Positions 1 through 8,730 are shown, counted from the first letter of the stretch. The stretch is 24,508 nt of DNA from Planctomycetota bacterium (GCA_947501605.1 CANMWZ010000046.1:1-24508), one strand, 5' to 3'. Numbers and translations: made by a program. The notes: generated by a model not told the origin, from the letters alone.

Positions 1-741
1 GGCACCCTCGAGGTCGCCTTGCGCGAAGCCTTCGTTGCCCTTGCCCCCGGTGGTGTCACCCATCGGGTCGAACGACACGCTACCGACGTACGTCAGTTCG
101 GTTTCACCGTTGGAGCTGCCTTCGGTGCTGAAGCCCGAGCCAGCGGCAACGTCGTCGTTCATCGCGCCGGCGACCCAGCGGAGCTTGTTCTCGCTATGGC
201 TGCCGTGGACCCACGCGCCCGTGTCGCGGCTGCGGTCCTGGCCGAACTGGCGCGACGCCGTCGAGCGTTCGACGAAGAACAGGCCGCCTTCGCAGCCGGT
301 CGATTCGAGGCCGTGGCCCGAGAGGCCCTGCCCGAGGCGGAGGGAGAGGCTGCCGCCTTCGCTCTTGCTGAAGGCCCACTGGGCCCAGCCGTCCTTGAGG
401 GCGCCGCCGCCTGAGGTGCCGTCATCGACGCCGTCGAGCATGACGCGGTAGGTCAGGTCCTTGTTGACCGCGTGACCGGTCAGCGCGATACGGGCACGGG
501 GGACATCGAACGAGTTGAGGTCGTTGGACGTCTCGTTGGCCTGGAACTCCCAGCCGACCTGCAGCTGGTTCGACATGCGGAGCGAGAAGTCCTCGCCGTC
601 GGCGAGTTGGAGGCCCTGGCCGGGCTTCCAGGACGAGCCACCCTGGTAGGGGTTACCCTTCTTTTCGTCGCCGCCGCCGTTGGCGAGGGCGAGGGACGTG
701 GAAACTGCGAACGCGAGCAAAGAGGCAATCGACGTAGACAT
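1..741 (-). CDS. Outer-membrane porin, phosphate-selective porin O/P (OprO/OprP)-like; 5' part only, runs off the left edge
   Basis: Not in the ORF track because there is no stop in the window. Manual translation from ATG 741 gives 247 open codons: MSTSIASLLAFAVSTSLALA-NGGGDEKKGNPYQGGSSWKPGQGLQLADGEDFSLRMSNQLQVGWEF...SFDVPRARIALTGHA...LKDGWAQW...LRLGQ...LFFVERS...RDTGAWVHG. It has a signal peptide and the RAR, xGQ, F.ERS and RDxG motifs typical of O/P porins. GGAGG lies at 760-756. Confidence 0.8.
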   Translation of the reverse strand, partial: MSTSIASLLAFAVSTSLALANGGGDEKKGNPYQGGSSWKPGQGLQLADGEDFSLRMSNQLQVGWEFQANETSNDLNSFDVPRARIALTGHAVNKDLTYRVMLDGVDDGTSGGGALKDGWAQWAFSKSEGGSLSLRLGQGLSGHGLESTGCEGGLFFVERSTASRQFGQDRSRDTGAWVHGSHSENKLRWVAGAMNDDVAAGSGFSTEGSSNGETELTYVGSVSFDPMGDTTGGKGNEGFAQGDLEGA

Positions 742-750
742 GAGTTTTGA

Positions 751-894
751 GATCTCCTCCCTAAGTGGGATCGTCAGTAAGCAGTCGACTCGGAGGCGAT
801 GACAGGTAGCTGGTTTCTGTTGACCGTTGGAATTGCTACCGCCTCCGAGGCGGCTGATGAGGCCGGACAGTAGGAAGCTCCCATGCCATGGGAG
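751..894 (-). promoter_or_regulatory. Structured 5' leader region of the porin gene (several inverted repeats)
   Basis: 789-797 pairs with 841-849 and 805-810 pairs with 835-840. Palindromes CCGCCTC-C-GAGGCGG at 839-853 and CTCCCATG-C-CATGGGAG at 878-894. A small stem 758-761/767-770 overlaps the SD. Confidence 0.35.
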
Positions 895-1223
895 AAGCGG
901 CATCTTCGAGATTCCGGCAGCGGACCCGAACTTCCGTTAGGGTGGACAAACCACGATGGCATCCGGCAAGCCCGTGCAGATGCTGGAGTTGAAGCGTGGA
1001 GAAGTCTCTACATGCTGTGAGGTTTGGGTTGATCCTGGGGCCGAACTGACGCCGTTCCCGGTCGTCGAGATTGGCCTCCAAAGGGCAGGAACGAGGCAAA
1101 ACTCGACAGCTTCTCGATTCGCACCCGGCTGGTCGCGCGTCGGCTTTCGTCGGCTGTTCGTGACGATGTCTGTTCGCCGCGACGCGGAGTGCTCTGCGTA
1201 CGCCTTTGCCAAGGTGTGGTCGC

Positions 1224-1229
1224 TAGACT
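1224..1229 (+). promoter_or_regulatory. Putative -10 element TAGACT, 10 nt before ATG 1240 (very short leader)
   Basis: Matches TAnnnT. No SD before the ATG. The same hexamer class precedes several other genes. Confidence 0.45.
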
Positions 1230-1239
1230 GCGCTGCCCC

Positions 1240-3204
1240 ATGTCCGCCGAAATCCGACGCACGACGTGCAGCCGCGACTGCCCCGACGCGTGCGGCATCC
1301 TCGCCACGGTCGAGAATGGCGTCGTGAAGTCACTGGCCGGTGACCCGGCGCACCCGGTGACGCGCGGCTTCTTGTGCTTCCGCACCAGTCGCTACCCCGA
1401 GTTGCAGGCCGGACCCGAACGGATCACTACGCCGTTGCTGCGCAAGGGCGGCACGCTGGTCCCGATCCCGTGGGGCGAGGCGCTCGATACCGCCGCCAGC
1501 TGGTTGCGCAGCGTTCGCGAGGAGTCCGGGCCAGAGGCGGTGTTCCACTACCGTTCGGGGGGGTCGCTCGGGATCCTGAAGCAGCTTTCGGACCTGTTCT
1601 TCGATCAATTCGGGCCGTGCACGCAGAAAGTGGGTGACGTGTGTTCTGGGGCCGGTGAGGCGGCGCAGATCCTCGACTTTGGCACCAGCGACAGCAACGC
1701 ACTGAGTGACCTGCGGAACAGCAGGCACATCCTGCTGTGGGGCAAGAACCCGACCGTCAGCAATACGCACCTCGTGCCGGTGCTCAAGGAAGCGAGGGCG
1801 GGTGGGACCAAGGTCGTTCTGATCGACCCAGTTCGCCATCGCGGTGCGTCGCTCGCCGACACGGTGCTGCAGCCAGCCCCGGGCGGCGACTTCGAACTGG
1901 CGATGGGTATTGCCCGCGTGCTGTTCGACCGCGGCTGGGTGGTGCCCGAAGCCGCGGCCTTCTGCGATGGTCTGCCGGAGTTCGAGGCGCTCTGCCGCTC
2001 GCGCACAGCAGCAGATTGGGCCCAGACCGCGGCGGTGACCGCGGCGCAGGTTGCAGCTCTTGCCGAGTGCCTGCACGACGGGCCGTCAGCCATTCTGGTC
2101 GGCTGGGGGATGCAGCGGCGCGTTCGCGGCGGCGCCATCGTTCGCGCCTTGGACGCTCTGTGCGCGCTGTCGGGCAACCTGTTTCGCGCCGGTGGCGGCT
2201 GTTCGTTCTACTTCAAGCGGCGGAAGGCGTTCGTGCCGTTCGGTCCCGAGGTCGTGCCGCCGCGGGTGATCCGTGAGCCGTTGCTGGGGCCAGATCTGCT
2301 CGCAGCCAATCCCAAAGTGCGCCTGATGTGGGTCACGGCCGGCAACCCGGTAGCGATGCTGCCGGACAGTGCTGCGGTCGCCGCTGCGCTCGCGGGCATC
2401 GAGCATCTGATTGTCGCTGACGTGTTCTTGACGGAGACCGCGGCGCGGGCGCATCTGGTGCTGCCGGTGCCGTCGCTGCTCGAGGACGATGATGTGCTCG
2501 GTGCCTATGGGCACCATTGGATTGGCGAGTCTCGACCGGTGGTTTCGCCCCCGGCTGGCGTCATGCACGAAGTGCAGATCTTCCAGCAGTTGGCGACGCG
2601 GCTCGGGCTCGCCAGCTACCCGCAGGATTCGATCGACGAGTTCAAACGTCAGGCCCTGGCGAAGGTGGCGCCGCTCGGGCTGTCCCTCGACGCGCTGCGC
2701 GCCGCCGGGGGGGTGCTTCGCAGTCCGGTCTCGCCGCCGGTCCTATTTGGCCACGGCAAGGTGCTGACACCCAATGGCAAGGTGCAGCTGATGACCGCGA
2801 TGCCTGCAGCAACCGCGGTGGATGCGCCAGGGTATCTGCCCGGCGGAAGCGCGCCGTTGTGGCTGTTCTCCAACTCGACCGAAAAGAGCCAGGCCTCGAT
2901 CTGGTCCGGCCAGGGACTGGGCGAGCGCTCGTGGATCGCGGTGCATCCAGACGCGGCGCCCGGGCTCGCGCCCGGCGATGTGGTGCGCGTCGTCAGCGCC
3001 GCCGGTGAGCTGTTGGCCGAGCTGCGCCATGACTCGGCCCAACGCCGCGACACGGCGATCATGCCAAAGGGCGGCTCGTTCGATCGCGGTCACGCCGCCA
3101 ACGCGTTGGTCCGCGCGCGCGCGACCGACCTTGGCCTTGGTGCCGCCTACCTCGATTGCCTCGTGCGCATCGCGCCGGTCGCGGCCGGGACAGGCGCGCG
3201 GTGA
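1240..3204 (+). CDS. Molybdopterin-dependent oxidoreductase (DMSO reductase/MopB superfamily), cytoplasmic, with N-terminal 4Fe-4S site
   Basis: MSAEIRRTTCSRDCPDACG...GDPAHPVTRGFLC (Cx3Cx3C...C), RITTPLLR, GDVCSGAG (likely Mo-ligand Cys), WGKNP, IDP, GWGMQR, DVFLTETA, and a C-terminal HPDAA...GDVVRVVS dinucleotide-binding domain. No Tat signal. ATG 1240 is preferred over the track start at 1189. Confidence 0.92.
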   Translation: MSAEIRRTTCSRDCPDACGILATVENGVVKSLAGDPAHPVTRGFLCFRTSRYPELQAGPERITTPLLRKGGTLVPIPWGEALDTAASWLRSVREESGPEAVFHYRSGGSLGILKQLSDLFFDQFGPCTQKVGDVCSGAGEAAQILDFGTSDSNALSDLRNSRHILLWGKNPTVSNTHLVPVLKEARAGGTKVVLIDPVRHRGASLADTVLQPAPGGDFELAMGIARVLFDRGWVVPEAAAFCDGLPEFEALCRSRTAADWAQTAAVTAAQVAALAECLHDGPSAILVGWGMQRRVRGGAIVRALDALCALSGNLFRAGGGCSFYFKRRKAFVPFGPEVVPPRVIREPLLGPDLLAANPKVRLMWVTAGNPVAMLPDSAAVAAALAGIEHLIVADVFLTETAARAHLVLPVPSLLEDDDVLGAYGHHWIGESRPVVSPPAGVMHEVQIFQQLATRLGLASYPQDSIDEFKRQALAKVAPLGLSLDALRAAGGVLRSPVSPPVLFGHGKVLTPNGKVQLMTAMPAATAVDAPGYLPGGSAPLWLFSNSTEKSQASIWSGQGLGERSWIAVHPDAAPGLAPGDVVRVVSAAGELLAELRHDSAQRRDTAIMPKGGSFDRGHAANALVRARATDLGLGAAYLDCLVRIAPVAAGTGAR

Positions 3205-4577
3205 GACGCATCACCGGCACGCACGTCTACTCCTACGCAAAGTGTCCGCGGCTCGCGGCCCTTGACCTCTCGCTGCCGAAGTCCGAGCGGCGAGTGTGGC
3301 ATCCGTGGGAGGAATTCGCGGCCAAGCGCGGGCGGGACTTCGAGGACGAGTTCGTGGCGACACTCGCGGCGGTGCAGCCGGAGTATCCGGCGCGCGACTT
3401 TGACCGCGGCGCCGCGGCGACCTTGGAGCTGCTGAAGCAGGGCGTGCCGTGGATCCATCAGGCCGTGCTGCTCGGCGACCAGCGCCTCGGTCTGCCGGAC
3501 CTGCTGCGCAAGGTCGACGGGCCGTCGAAGCTCGGTTCGCACCACTACGAAGTGCTCGACGTGAAGACCTCTGGCCTTGCCCGCGGCGACCAAGTCTTGC
3601 AGGTCATGTTCTACACGCGGCTCCTGGCTGAGCTGCAAGGGCGCATGCCGGAGCGCGCAGCGATCATCCTCAAGGATGGCAGCGAGCACGGCTTTGCCAC
3701 CGCCGACTACCTGGCGGTGACGCGTGACGTCGAAGGCGCTCTGCTACGGCTTGCGGCCCACCCCGACTTGGCGCGGCCGTTCTTGCAGCGGGGTTGTGAG
3801 AGTTGCCACTGGAGCGACCACTGCCTGCCTGAGCTGACGGCGAAGGGCGATCTATCGCTGGTCGCGGGGATGAGCCATGGCGCGCGCGCGATCTTGGAGG
3901 CGAACGGGTGCCGCACCGTCGCGGACCTCGCCGAGTTCAGCAACGACGGTCGCAGTCTGAGTCAGCTCGACTCCGCGCTGGTTCGGCGCCTGCGCAAGGC
4001 CGCGCAGGCTCGGCTTGCGGCCGCGCCGACGGTCGAAGCTCGTCCGCGGCAGAAGGGCTCACTGTCGCTCGACCGCGCCGCCATCATCCATCTGCTCACG
4101 GATCCGTACGCGGGCCGCGTGCTCGCGTTCGCGGTCCAACACCCGATCGGCGACGACAATGGCATTGCCGTCGAGCTGCCGGCCTCGGTTGCGACCGAGT
4201 GGTCGGCCCTGAAGGCGCTGCTCGCCCGCGTTCCGACCGGCGTGCCGTTGCTGCATTTTGACTCCGCACTGCCGCGCTGGTACGAGGCGCACGCGTTTTC
4301 GCGCGAGGCGGACACCGGGCTCGCGGCCCGCTTCGTCGACCTGCAGCGGCGGCTTCGCGCGGCAGCGTTGTTCCCCGAGCCGGCATTCACCTTGGCAGAT
4401 CTCGTCCGCTGCGCGCTCTCGCGCGATCCGCTCCGGGCTGGGCACTGGGGCCAGGCGGCAATGTGGGCCGCAGAGGCAGACGGGGCCGACAAGCTCGTGG
4501 CTAAGGCCCGGGCCGACGTGCAGGATCTCGCGGATCTCAAGCGCCGCGTCCTCGATGCGGCGCCGACGCCCGCTTAG
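3201..4577 (+). CDS. TM0106-family RecB/Cas4-like PD-(D/E)xK nuclease with Fe-S staple, HhH and degenerate RNase-H-like C-domain
   Basis: GTG 3201 overlaps the upstream TGA (GTGA). Motifs: YAKCPR, GRDFE, GLPDLL, YEVLDVKTS, QVMFY, CESCHWSDHC (Cx2Cx5C), and the HhH-like DLSLVAGMS. Confidence 0.88.
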   Translation: MRRITGTHVYSYAKCPRLAALDLSLPKSERRVWHPWEEFAAKRGRDFEDEFVATLAAVQPEYPARDFDRGAAATLELLKQGVPWIHQAVLLGDQRLGLPDLLRKVDGPSKLGSHHYEVLDVKTSGLARGDQVLQVMFYTRLLAELQGRMPERAAIILKDGSEHGFATADYLAVTRDVEGALLRLAAHPDLARPFLQRGCESCHWSDHCLPELTAKGDLSLVAGMSHGARAILEANGCRTVADLAEFSNDGRSLSQLDSALVRRLRKAAQARLAAAPTVEARPRQKGSLSLDRAAIIHLLTDPYAGRVLAFAVQHPIGDDNGIAVELPASVATEWSALKALLARVPTGVPLLHFDSALPRWYEAHAFSREADTGLAARFVDLQRRLRAAALFPEPAFTLADLVRCALSRDPLRAGHWGQAAMWAAEADGADKLVAKARADVQDLADLKRRVLDAAPTPA

Positions 4578-4584
4578 ACGAACG

Positions 4585-6336
4585 TTGGAACTCACCCTCG
4601 AACAACGCCTGCTGCGCTTCCTCGCCCGCGAGGAAGAAGGCGAACGGCAGACGCACCGCGAACTGCGCGCCCAGCCAATCGACCTCCGCGTCATCGACGG
4701 CGACTGCATCCACGACGCGCGCTTCACCGGTCGCGATGGCAGTGCCTTCGTGTTCACCTGTTCGGAGAACCACTCGAAGTTCCGCACCGGCGATCCAGTG
4801 GCAGTGGGCGACGGTCAGGACTTCGATGCGGCGTCGCCGATGGCCTACGCCGCTTACGACGCCGGCCGGAGCGAACTGCGGCTCGAGCTTGACCCGTACA
4901 ACCGCAGCGCCCGGACGGACTTCGTCGTCGGCTGCGCCTATGTCGTCGACCGGCGTGAGTTTGGTGGTCGCGGCAGTCTCGCCGTCGCTGTGCGCGACGC
5001 CTTCGCCTTTCCGTGGCTGAAGAATGTCCTCGAGGGTCGGCACGAGCTGACGTGTGACGAGGCGCGGCTGCTGCGAGCGCGCAGCTTTCTGCTCAGTCGC
5101 GGTCTCAACTCCGCTCAGGTCGAGGCCGGCGCCGCAGCGATCGCGACCGAGAGCCTCGCCCTCGTGCAGGGGCCACCGGGGACGGGCAAGACCAAGTTGC
5201 TCGCTGAGGTGGTGGCGGCGCTGTGCAGTCGCAAATGCCGGATCGCACTCTGCGCCTTCACGCACAATGCGGTCGACAATGCGTTGTTGGCCATCCGCAA
5301 GGTGGCTCCCGAACTCGAGCTGGTGAAGGTCGGTGGCAACAGCGGTGGTAGCTCGGAAGCGCGCGCCGACTTGAGTCGCGCCGGCGTGCGGCTCGTCGAT
5401 GCCAAGCGGGCGATGCTGCCGGCGGAGTCCGTCGTCGTCGCCGGCACGTGCTACCAGTTTCCCAAGCTCCAGGAAGACACCGCGTTTCATTACACGGTGT
5501 TTGATGAGGCCGGGCAGTTGCCAATCCCGCACGCCCTGCCCGCGATGCTGCGCAGCAAGCGCTGGCTGTTCTTTGGCGATCATCGCCAGTTGCCACCGGT
5601 GGTGACCTCCGAGCACCGTGACCGCGAAGCGGCGGACTCGATCTTCGCGCACTTGCACCGTCGCTACGGCGGCCATCTGCTCGACACTACGTATCGCATG
5701 AACGAAGGCGTCTGCCGCCTCGTCAGCGAGACCTACTACGACGGACTGCTGCATGCGGCACCCTCGTCGATCGATCGCAGACTGCCCTTTGTTCCGGGCG
5801 GGCGCCTCGACGAAGTGCTCGACCCTGCGCACTCCGTGGTGTGGGTCCGCGTCGACCATCGCCAGCCAGGGTCGCGTTCGCATGAGGAAGCGCATGCCGT
5901 CGCCGACGTGGTCGCAGATCTAGTGCGCCAGCACGGCGTGCCCACGCGTGAGATTGCGGTGATCGCGCCATTTCGCGCCCAGGTTCAACTGTTGCGCGCC
6001 GCTCTTGACCAAAAGGAACTGCAGAACCGCGCCGAGCTCGTAGTCGACACTGTCGAGCGCATCCAAGGCCAAGAGCGCGAAGCCGTCGTCGTGTCTCTGA
6101 CTGCGGGCGATCCTGATGAAGCGCGCGGCCGCAGCGCGTTCCACCTCAACGAGAACCGACTCAACGTGGCGCTGTCGCGAGCGCGAACCAAAGTCGTCCT
6201 GGTCGCGAGCGCGCATTCGTTCGAGGCGATTCCTGGGGACGTCGACGCCCTGCGCACGGCCTCGCGCTGCCGCGAACTGCGCGACCGCCTCACGATGGTT
6301 GATCTGACCAAGCTCTACTGCGGTCCGGTTGCGTAG
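4585..6336 (+). CDS. Superfamily 1B helicase, Dna2/Nam7/Upf1-like
   Basis: Motifs LNSAQ, QGPPGTGKT, AFTHNAVDN, DEAGQ, GDHRQLPP, YRM, IAPFRAQV, TVERIQGQE and RLNVALSRA. The start is uncertain: TTG 4585 (7 nt after the nuclease stop) or ATG 4555. The track extension to 4258 looks spurious. Confidence 0.9.
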   Translation: MELTLEQRLLRFLAREEEGERQTHRELRAQPIDLRVIDGDCIHDARFTGRDGSAFVFTCSENHSKFRTGDPVAVGDGQDFDAASPMAYAAYDAGRSELRLELDPYNRSARTDFVVGCAYVVDRREFGGRGSLAVAVRDAFAFPWLKNVLEGRHELTCDEARLLRARSFLLSRGLNSAQVEAGAAAIATESLALVQGPPGTGKTKLLAEVVAALCSRKCRIALCAFTHNAVDNALLAIRKVAPELELVKVGGNSGGSSEARADLSRAGVRLVDAKRAMLPAESVVVAGTCYQFPKLQEDTAFHYTVFDEAGQLPIPHALPAMLRSKRWLFFGDHRQLPPVVTSEHRDREAADSIFAHLHRRYGGHLLDTTYRMNEGVCRLVSETYYDGLLHAAPSSIDRRLPFVPGGRLDEVLDPAHSVVWVRVDHRQPGSRSHEEAHAVADVVADLVRQHGVPTREIAVIAPFRAQVQLLRAALDQKELQNRAELVVDTVERIQGQEREAVVVSLTAGDPDEARGRSAFHLNENRLNVALSRARTKVVLVASAHSFEAIPGDVDALRTASRCRELRDRLTMVDLTKLYCGPVA

Positions 6337-6572
6337 CGACGGGGGTGGGTCGGTTGCTCTGGCCCCTCGACACCGCCCCGCAGCAGGGAGCCGCGGCGAG
6401 GGCGCAATCAGCGCGGCACGTAGGCGGCGGCGATCCCCGCCATGCACGCAGGCGCGGTCAGCGAAAGACCGTCGGTCGAGATCTGCTGCCGTGGGTCGAT
6501 GGGGGCTGCAGGGTCCAAGGAGCAGTCAGGGGTCTCCGGCTACACGCAACACCTCGCGCCCCGCGATCGCGG

Positions 6573-6671
6573 TCACGGCAGGACGCCCCAGGCGAGGTAC
6601 AGCGCATAGAGTCCCACACCGAGGGCGACCCCCAACAGCCACGGTCGCAGCCACGGTCGCGGATGCTTCAC
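6573..6671 (-). CDS. Small 32-aa single-pass membrane protein (not in ORF track)
   Basis: GTG 6671 overlaps the ligA TGA (GTGA). It reads MKHPRPWLRPWLLGVALGVGLYALYLAWGVLP, stop at 6575-6573, with a basic N-terminus and a ~21-residue hydrophobic stretch. Confidence 0.55.
   Translation of the reverse strand: MKHPRPWLRPWLLGVALGVGLYALYLAWGVLP
6636..6659. repeat. 12-bp tandem duplication (CAGCCACGGTCG x2)
   Basis: Seen directly. It encodes RPWL-RPWL in frame in the 32-aa ORF. Confidence 0.85.
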
Positions 6672-8680
6672 TTGGCGCCCACCATGGTGCGGAACTCCAT
6701 CTCGTCGAGGATGCGCAGACCGAGTGAGCGCGCCTTGTCGAGCTTGCTGCCAGCGTCAGCCCCGGCGACGACATCCGTCACCTTCTTGCTGATCGAACCA
6801 GCGGTCTTGGCGCCCAGCTTCTCGACCAAGTCCTTCGCTTCGTCGCGCGACATTGTCGTGAGGCCGCCAGTGAAGACGAAGACGCGGCCGAGCAGAGGGC
6901 CGCGGTCGACCGCGCTCTGCTCCTTCACGCGGACACCCGCGTCGTGGAGTCGCTGGAGAGTCTGCTGGTTCTGAGCAGAAGCAAAGAAGGCGACGATCGA
7001 GGCCGCCACTTCCTCGCCGACTCCGTCGACCTCCATGAGTTGCTCGCGGGTCGCGGCGCGCAGCGTGTCGAGACTGCCGAAGAAGGCCGCGAGATCCTTG
7101 GCGGTCTGCTCGCCGACCTGGCGGATACCGATGCCATTCAGGAAGCGAGCGAGCAAGGGCCTCTTGCTGCGCTCGATCTGTTCGACCAAGTTGGTGAAGC
7201 TCTTGTCCCCCCAGCGATCGAGTGCGAGCACCCGTTCGCGCTGTGTCGACAGCGTGAACACATCCTCGACGGCGCGCAGGATGTGGGCGGCCTGAAGTTG
7301 CTCGACCTGTTTTGGTCCGAGACCCTCGATGTCGAGGGCTCGCCGCGATGCCAAGTGCACGACCCGGCCGCGCAACTGGTCGCCACAGTCGAGGTTGACG
7401 CAGAACAAGAACTTGCCCTCGACTTCGAGCTCAGACCTGCAACTCGGGCAGTGCGACGGCGGCGCAGCTGGGGCTGAGTCTGGGCTGCGACGGTCGGTGA
7501 AGACCCGCACTACTTCGGGGATGACGTCACCGGCGCGTTGGACTTCGACTTCGTCACCGGGGCGCACGTCGCGCTCGGCGAGGAGTGTCCAGTTGTGCAG
7601 GGAAGCGTTGCGTACGGTGACCCCAGCGAGTTCGACTGGTTCGAGCTGGGCCACGGGCGTGACAGCACCCGTGCGGCCGACCTGGGCACTGATTGCGATG
7701 ACGCGCGTCCGGCCGACGCGTGGTGCAAACTTGTAGGCGAGGGCCCAGCGCGGGGTGCGCGCGGTGCGCCCCAGCCTTTGCTGCAAGTCGAGGCGGTCGA
7801 CCTTGGCGACGATGCCGTCGAGTTCGTACTCGAGCGAGTCGCGCTGCTGTTCGAGTCGGTCGCGGAAGTCGAGCACCTTCTGTTCGTCGTCGGCGAGTTC
7901 GAAGGGGGTGGCGACCTGGAAGCCCCAGGCGGCTAGTTGCGCACGCAGTGCGCTGTGCGTTGCGAACTCGACGCCTTCGACGTGGCCGATCGCGAACGCG
8001 AGGAAGTCCATCGCACGCTGTGCGACGACGCGCGGGTCCAGGAGCTTGAGCGTGCCGGCGACGGTGTTGCGGGCGTTGCGAAACGTCCCTTCGCTCGAGG
8101 TCTCTTCGGTATCGCGCAGGCGGGCGAAGTCGACCTTGCGCATGATGACCTCGCCGCGGATTTCGATCCGCAGAGGAAACGGGCCAGCGCCGAGCAGATG
8201 CAGCGGCAGGTTTCGCACCGTGCGGATGTTGTTGGAGATGTCTTCGCCAGAGGAGCCATCGCCGCGTGATAGGGCGCGCACGAAGCGGCCGTTCTCGTAG
8301 AGCAGATTGGCGCTGACGCCGTCGAGCTTCGGCTCACAGGCCCACTGGAGCGAGGTGTTCGCATCGAGCTCGAGCAGCTTCTTGGCGCGGGCCGCGAACT
8401 CGAGGACCTCCTCCTTTGCCATCAGCGACTCGATGCTGCCCATCGGTGCGAGGTGCGGATGGGTCGGAGCGGCACTGCCCTTCGGCAGCGGCGCGCCAAC
8501 GCGCTGGGTTGGTGAGTCGACCGTGAGCCACTGCGGGTGGTCGCGTTCGAGCTGCGCCAGTTCGCGCAGCAAGGTGTCGTACTGCGCGTCGGTCAGCTTT
8601 GGCGTGCCGAGGTTGTAGTACTCGTTGTCGGCCTCGCGGATCGCCGCCCGCAGCTCGTGGATTCGGTGCTCGATCGTCAC
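6668..8680 (-). CDS. ligA: NAD-dependent DNA ligase
   Basis: YYNLGTPKLTDAQYD, SPTQRVG, EPKLDG (adenylated Lys), RGDG, EIRGE, RNARN, DGIVAK, PRWALAYKF, VGRTG, RAGDVIP, zinc finger CPSC...CVNLDC, HhH repeats and a C-terminal BRCT (VFTGGL...SISKK...GSKLDKA). GTG 8680 gives 670 aa, a typical length. Confidence 0.98.
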   Translation of the reverse strand: MTIEHRIHELRAAIREADNEYYNLGTPKLTDAQYDTLLRELAQLERDHPQWLTVDSPTQRVGAPLPKGSAAPTHPHLAPMGSIESLMAKEEVLEFAARAKKLLELDANTSLQWACEPKLDGVSANLLYENGRFVRALSRGDGSSGEDISNNIRTVRNLPLHLLGAGPFPLRIEIRGEVIMRKVDFARLRDTEETSSEGTFRNARNTVAGTLKLLDPRVVAQRAMDFLAFAIGHVEGVEFATHSALRAQLAAWGFQVATPFELADDEQKVLDFRDRLEQQRDSLEYELDGIVAKVDRLDLQQRLGRTARTPRWALAYKFAPRVGRTRVIAISAQVGRTGAVTPVAQLEPVELAGVTVRNASLHNWTLLAERDVRPGDEVEVQRAGDVIPEVVRVFTDRRSPDSAPAAPPSHCPSCRSELEVEGKFLFCVNLDCGDQLRGRVVHLASRRALDIEGLGPKQVEQLQAAHILRAVEDVFTLSTQRERVLALDRWGDKSFTNLVEQIERSKRPLLARFLNGIGIRQVGEQTAKDLAAFFGSLDTLRAATREQLMEVDGVGEEVAASIVAFFASAQNQQTLQRLHDAGVRVKEQSAVDRGPLLGRVFVFTGGLTTMSRDEAKDLVEKLGAKTAGSISKKVTDVVAGADAGSKLDKARSLGLRILDEMEFRTMVGAK

Positions 8681-8687
8681 GGCCTGC

Positions 8688-8693
8688 AGACTA
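8688..8693 (-). promoter_or_regulatory. Putative -10 element TAGTCT, 7 nt before ligA GTG (leaderless-type)
   Basis: The minus strand reads GTGGCA-N17-TAGTCT-gcaggcc-GTG. No SD. Confidence 0.55.
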
Positions 8694-8730
8694 CTCGTGA
8701 AAAGCGCGAATGCCACTCGACCAGCCAACC

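Noticed and set aside
19..750. Plus-strand ORFs 19-414, 35-451 and 472-750
   Set aside because: Antisense shadows of the porin gene.
799..805. CTGTCAT on the minus strand as a Pho box half-site upstream of an O/P porin
   Set aside because: No second half-site at 11-bp spacing.
1154..1176. Direct repeat CTGTTCG (1154 and 1170) as a LexA-like box
   Set aside because: The 16-bp period does not fit GTTC-N7-GTTC, and the repeat is short enough to be chance.
3201..4577. Nuclease as a CRISPR-associated Cas4
   Set aside because: No array or other cas genes seen, and the domain architecture fits TM0106.
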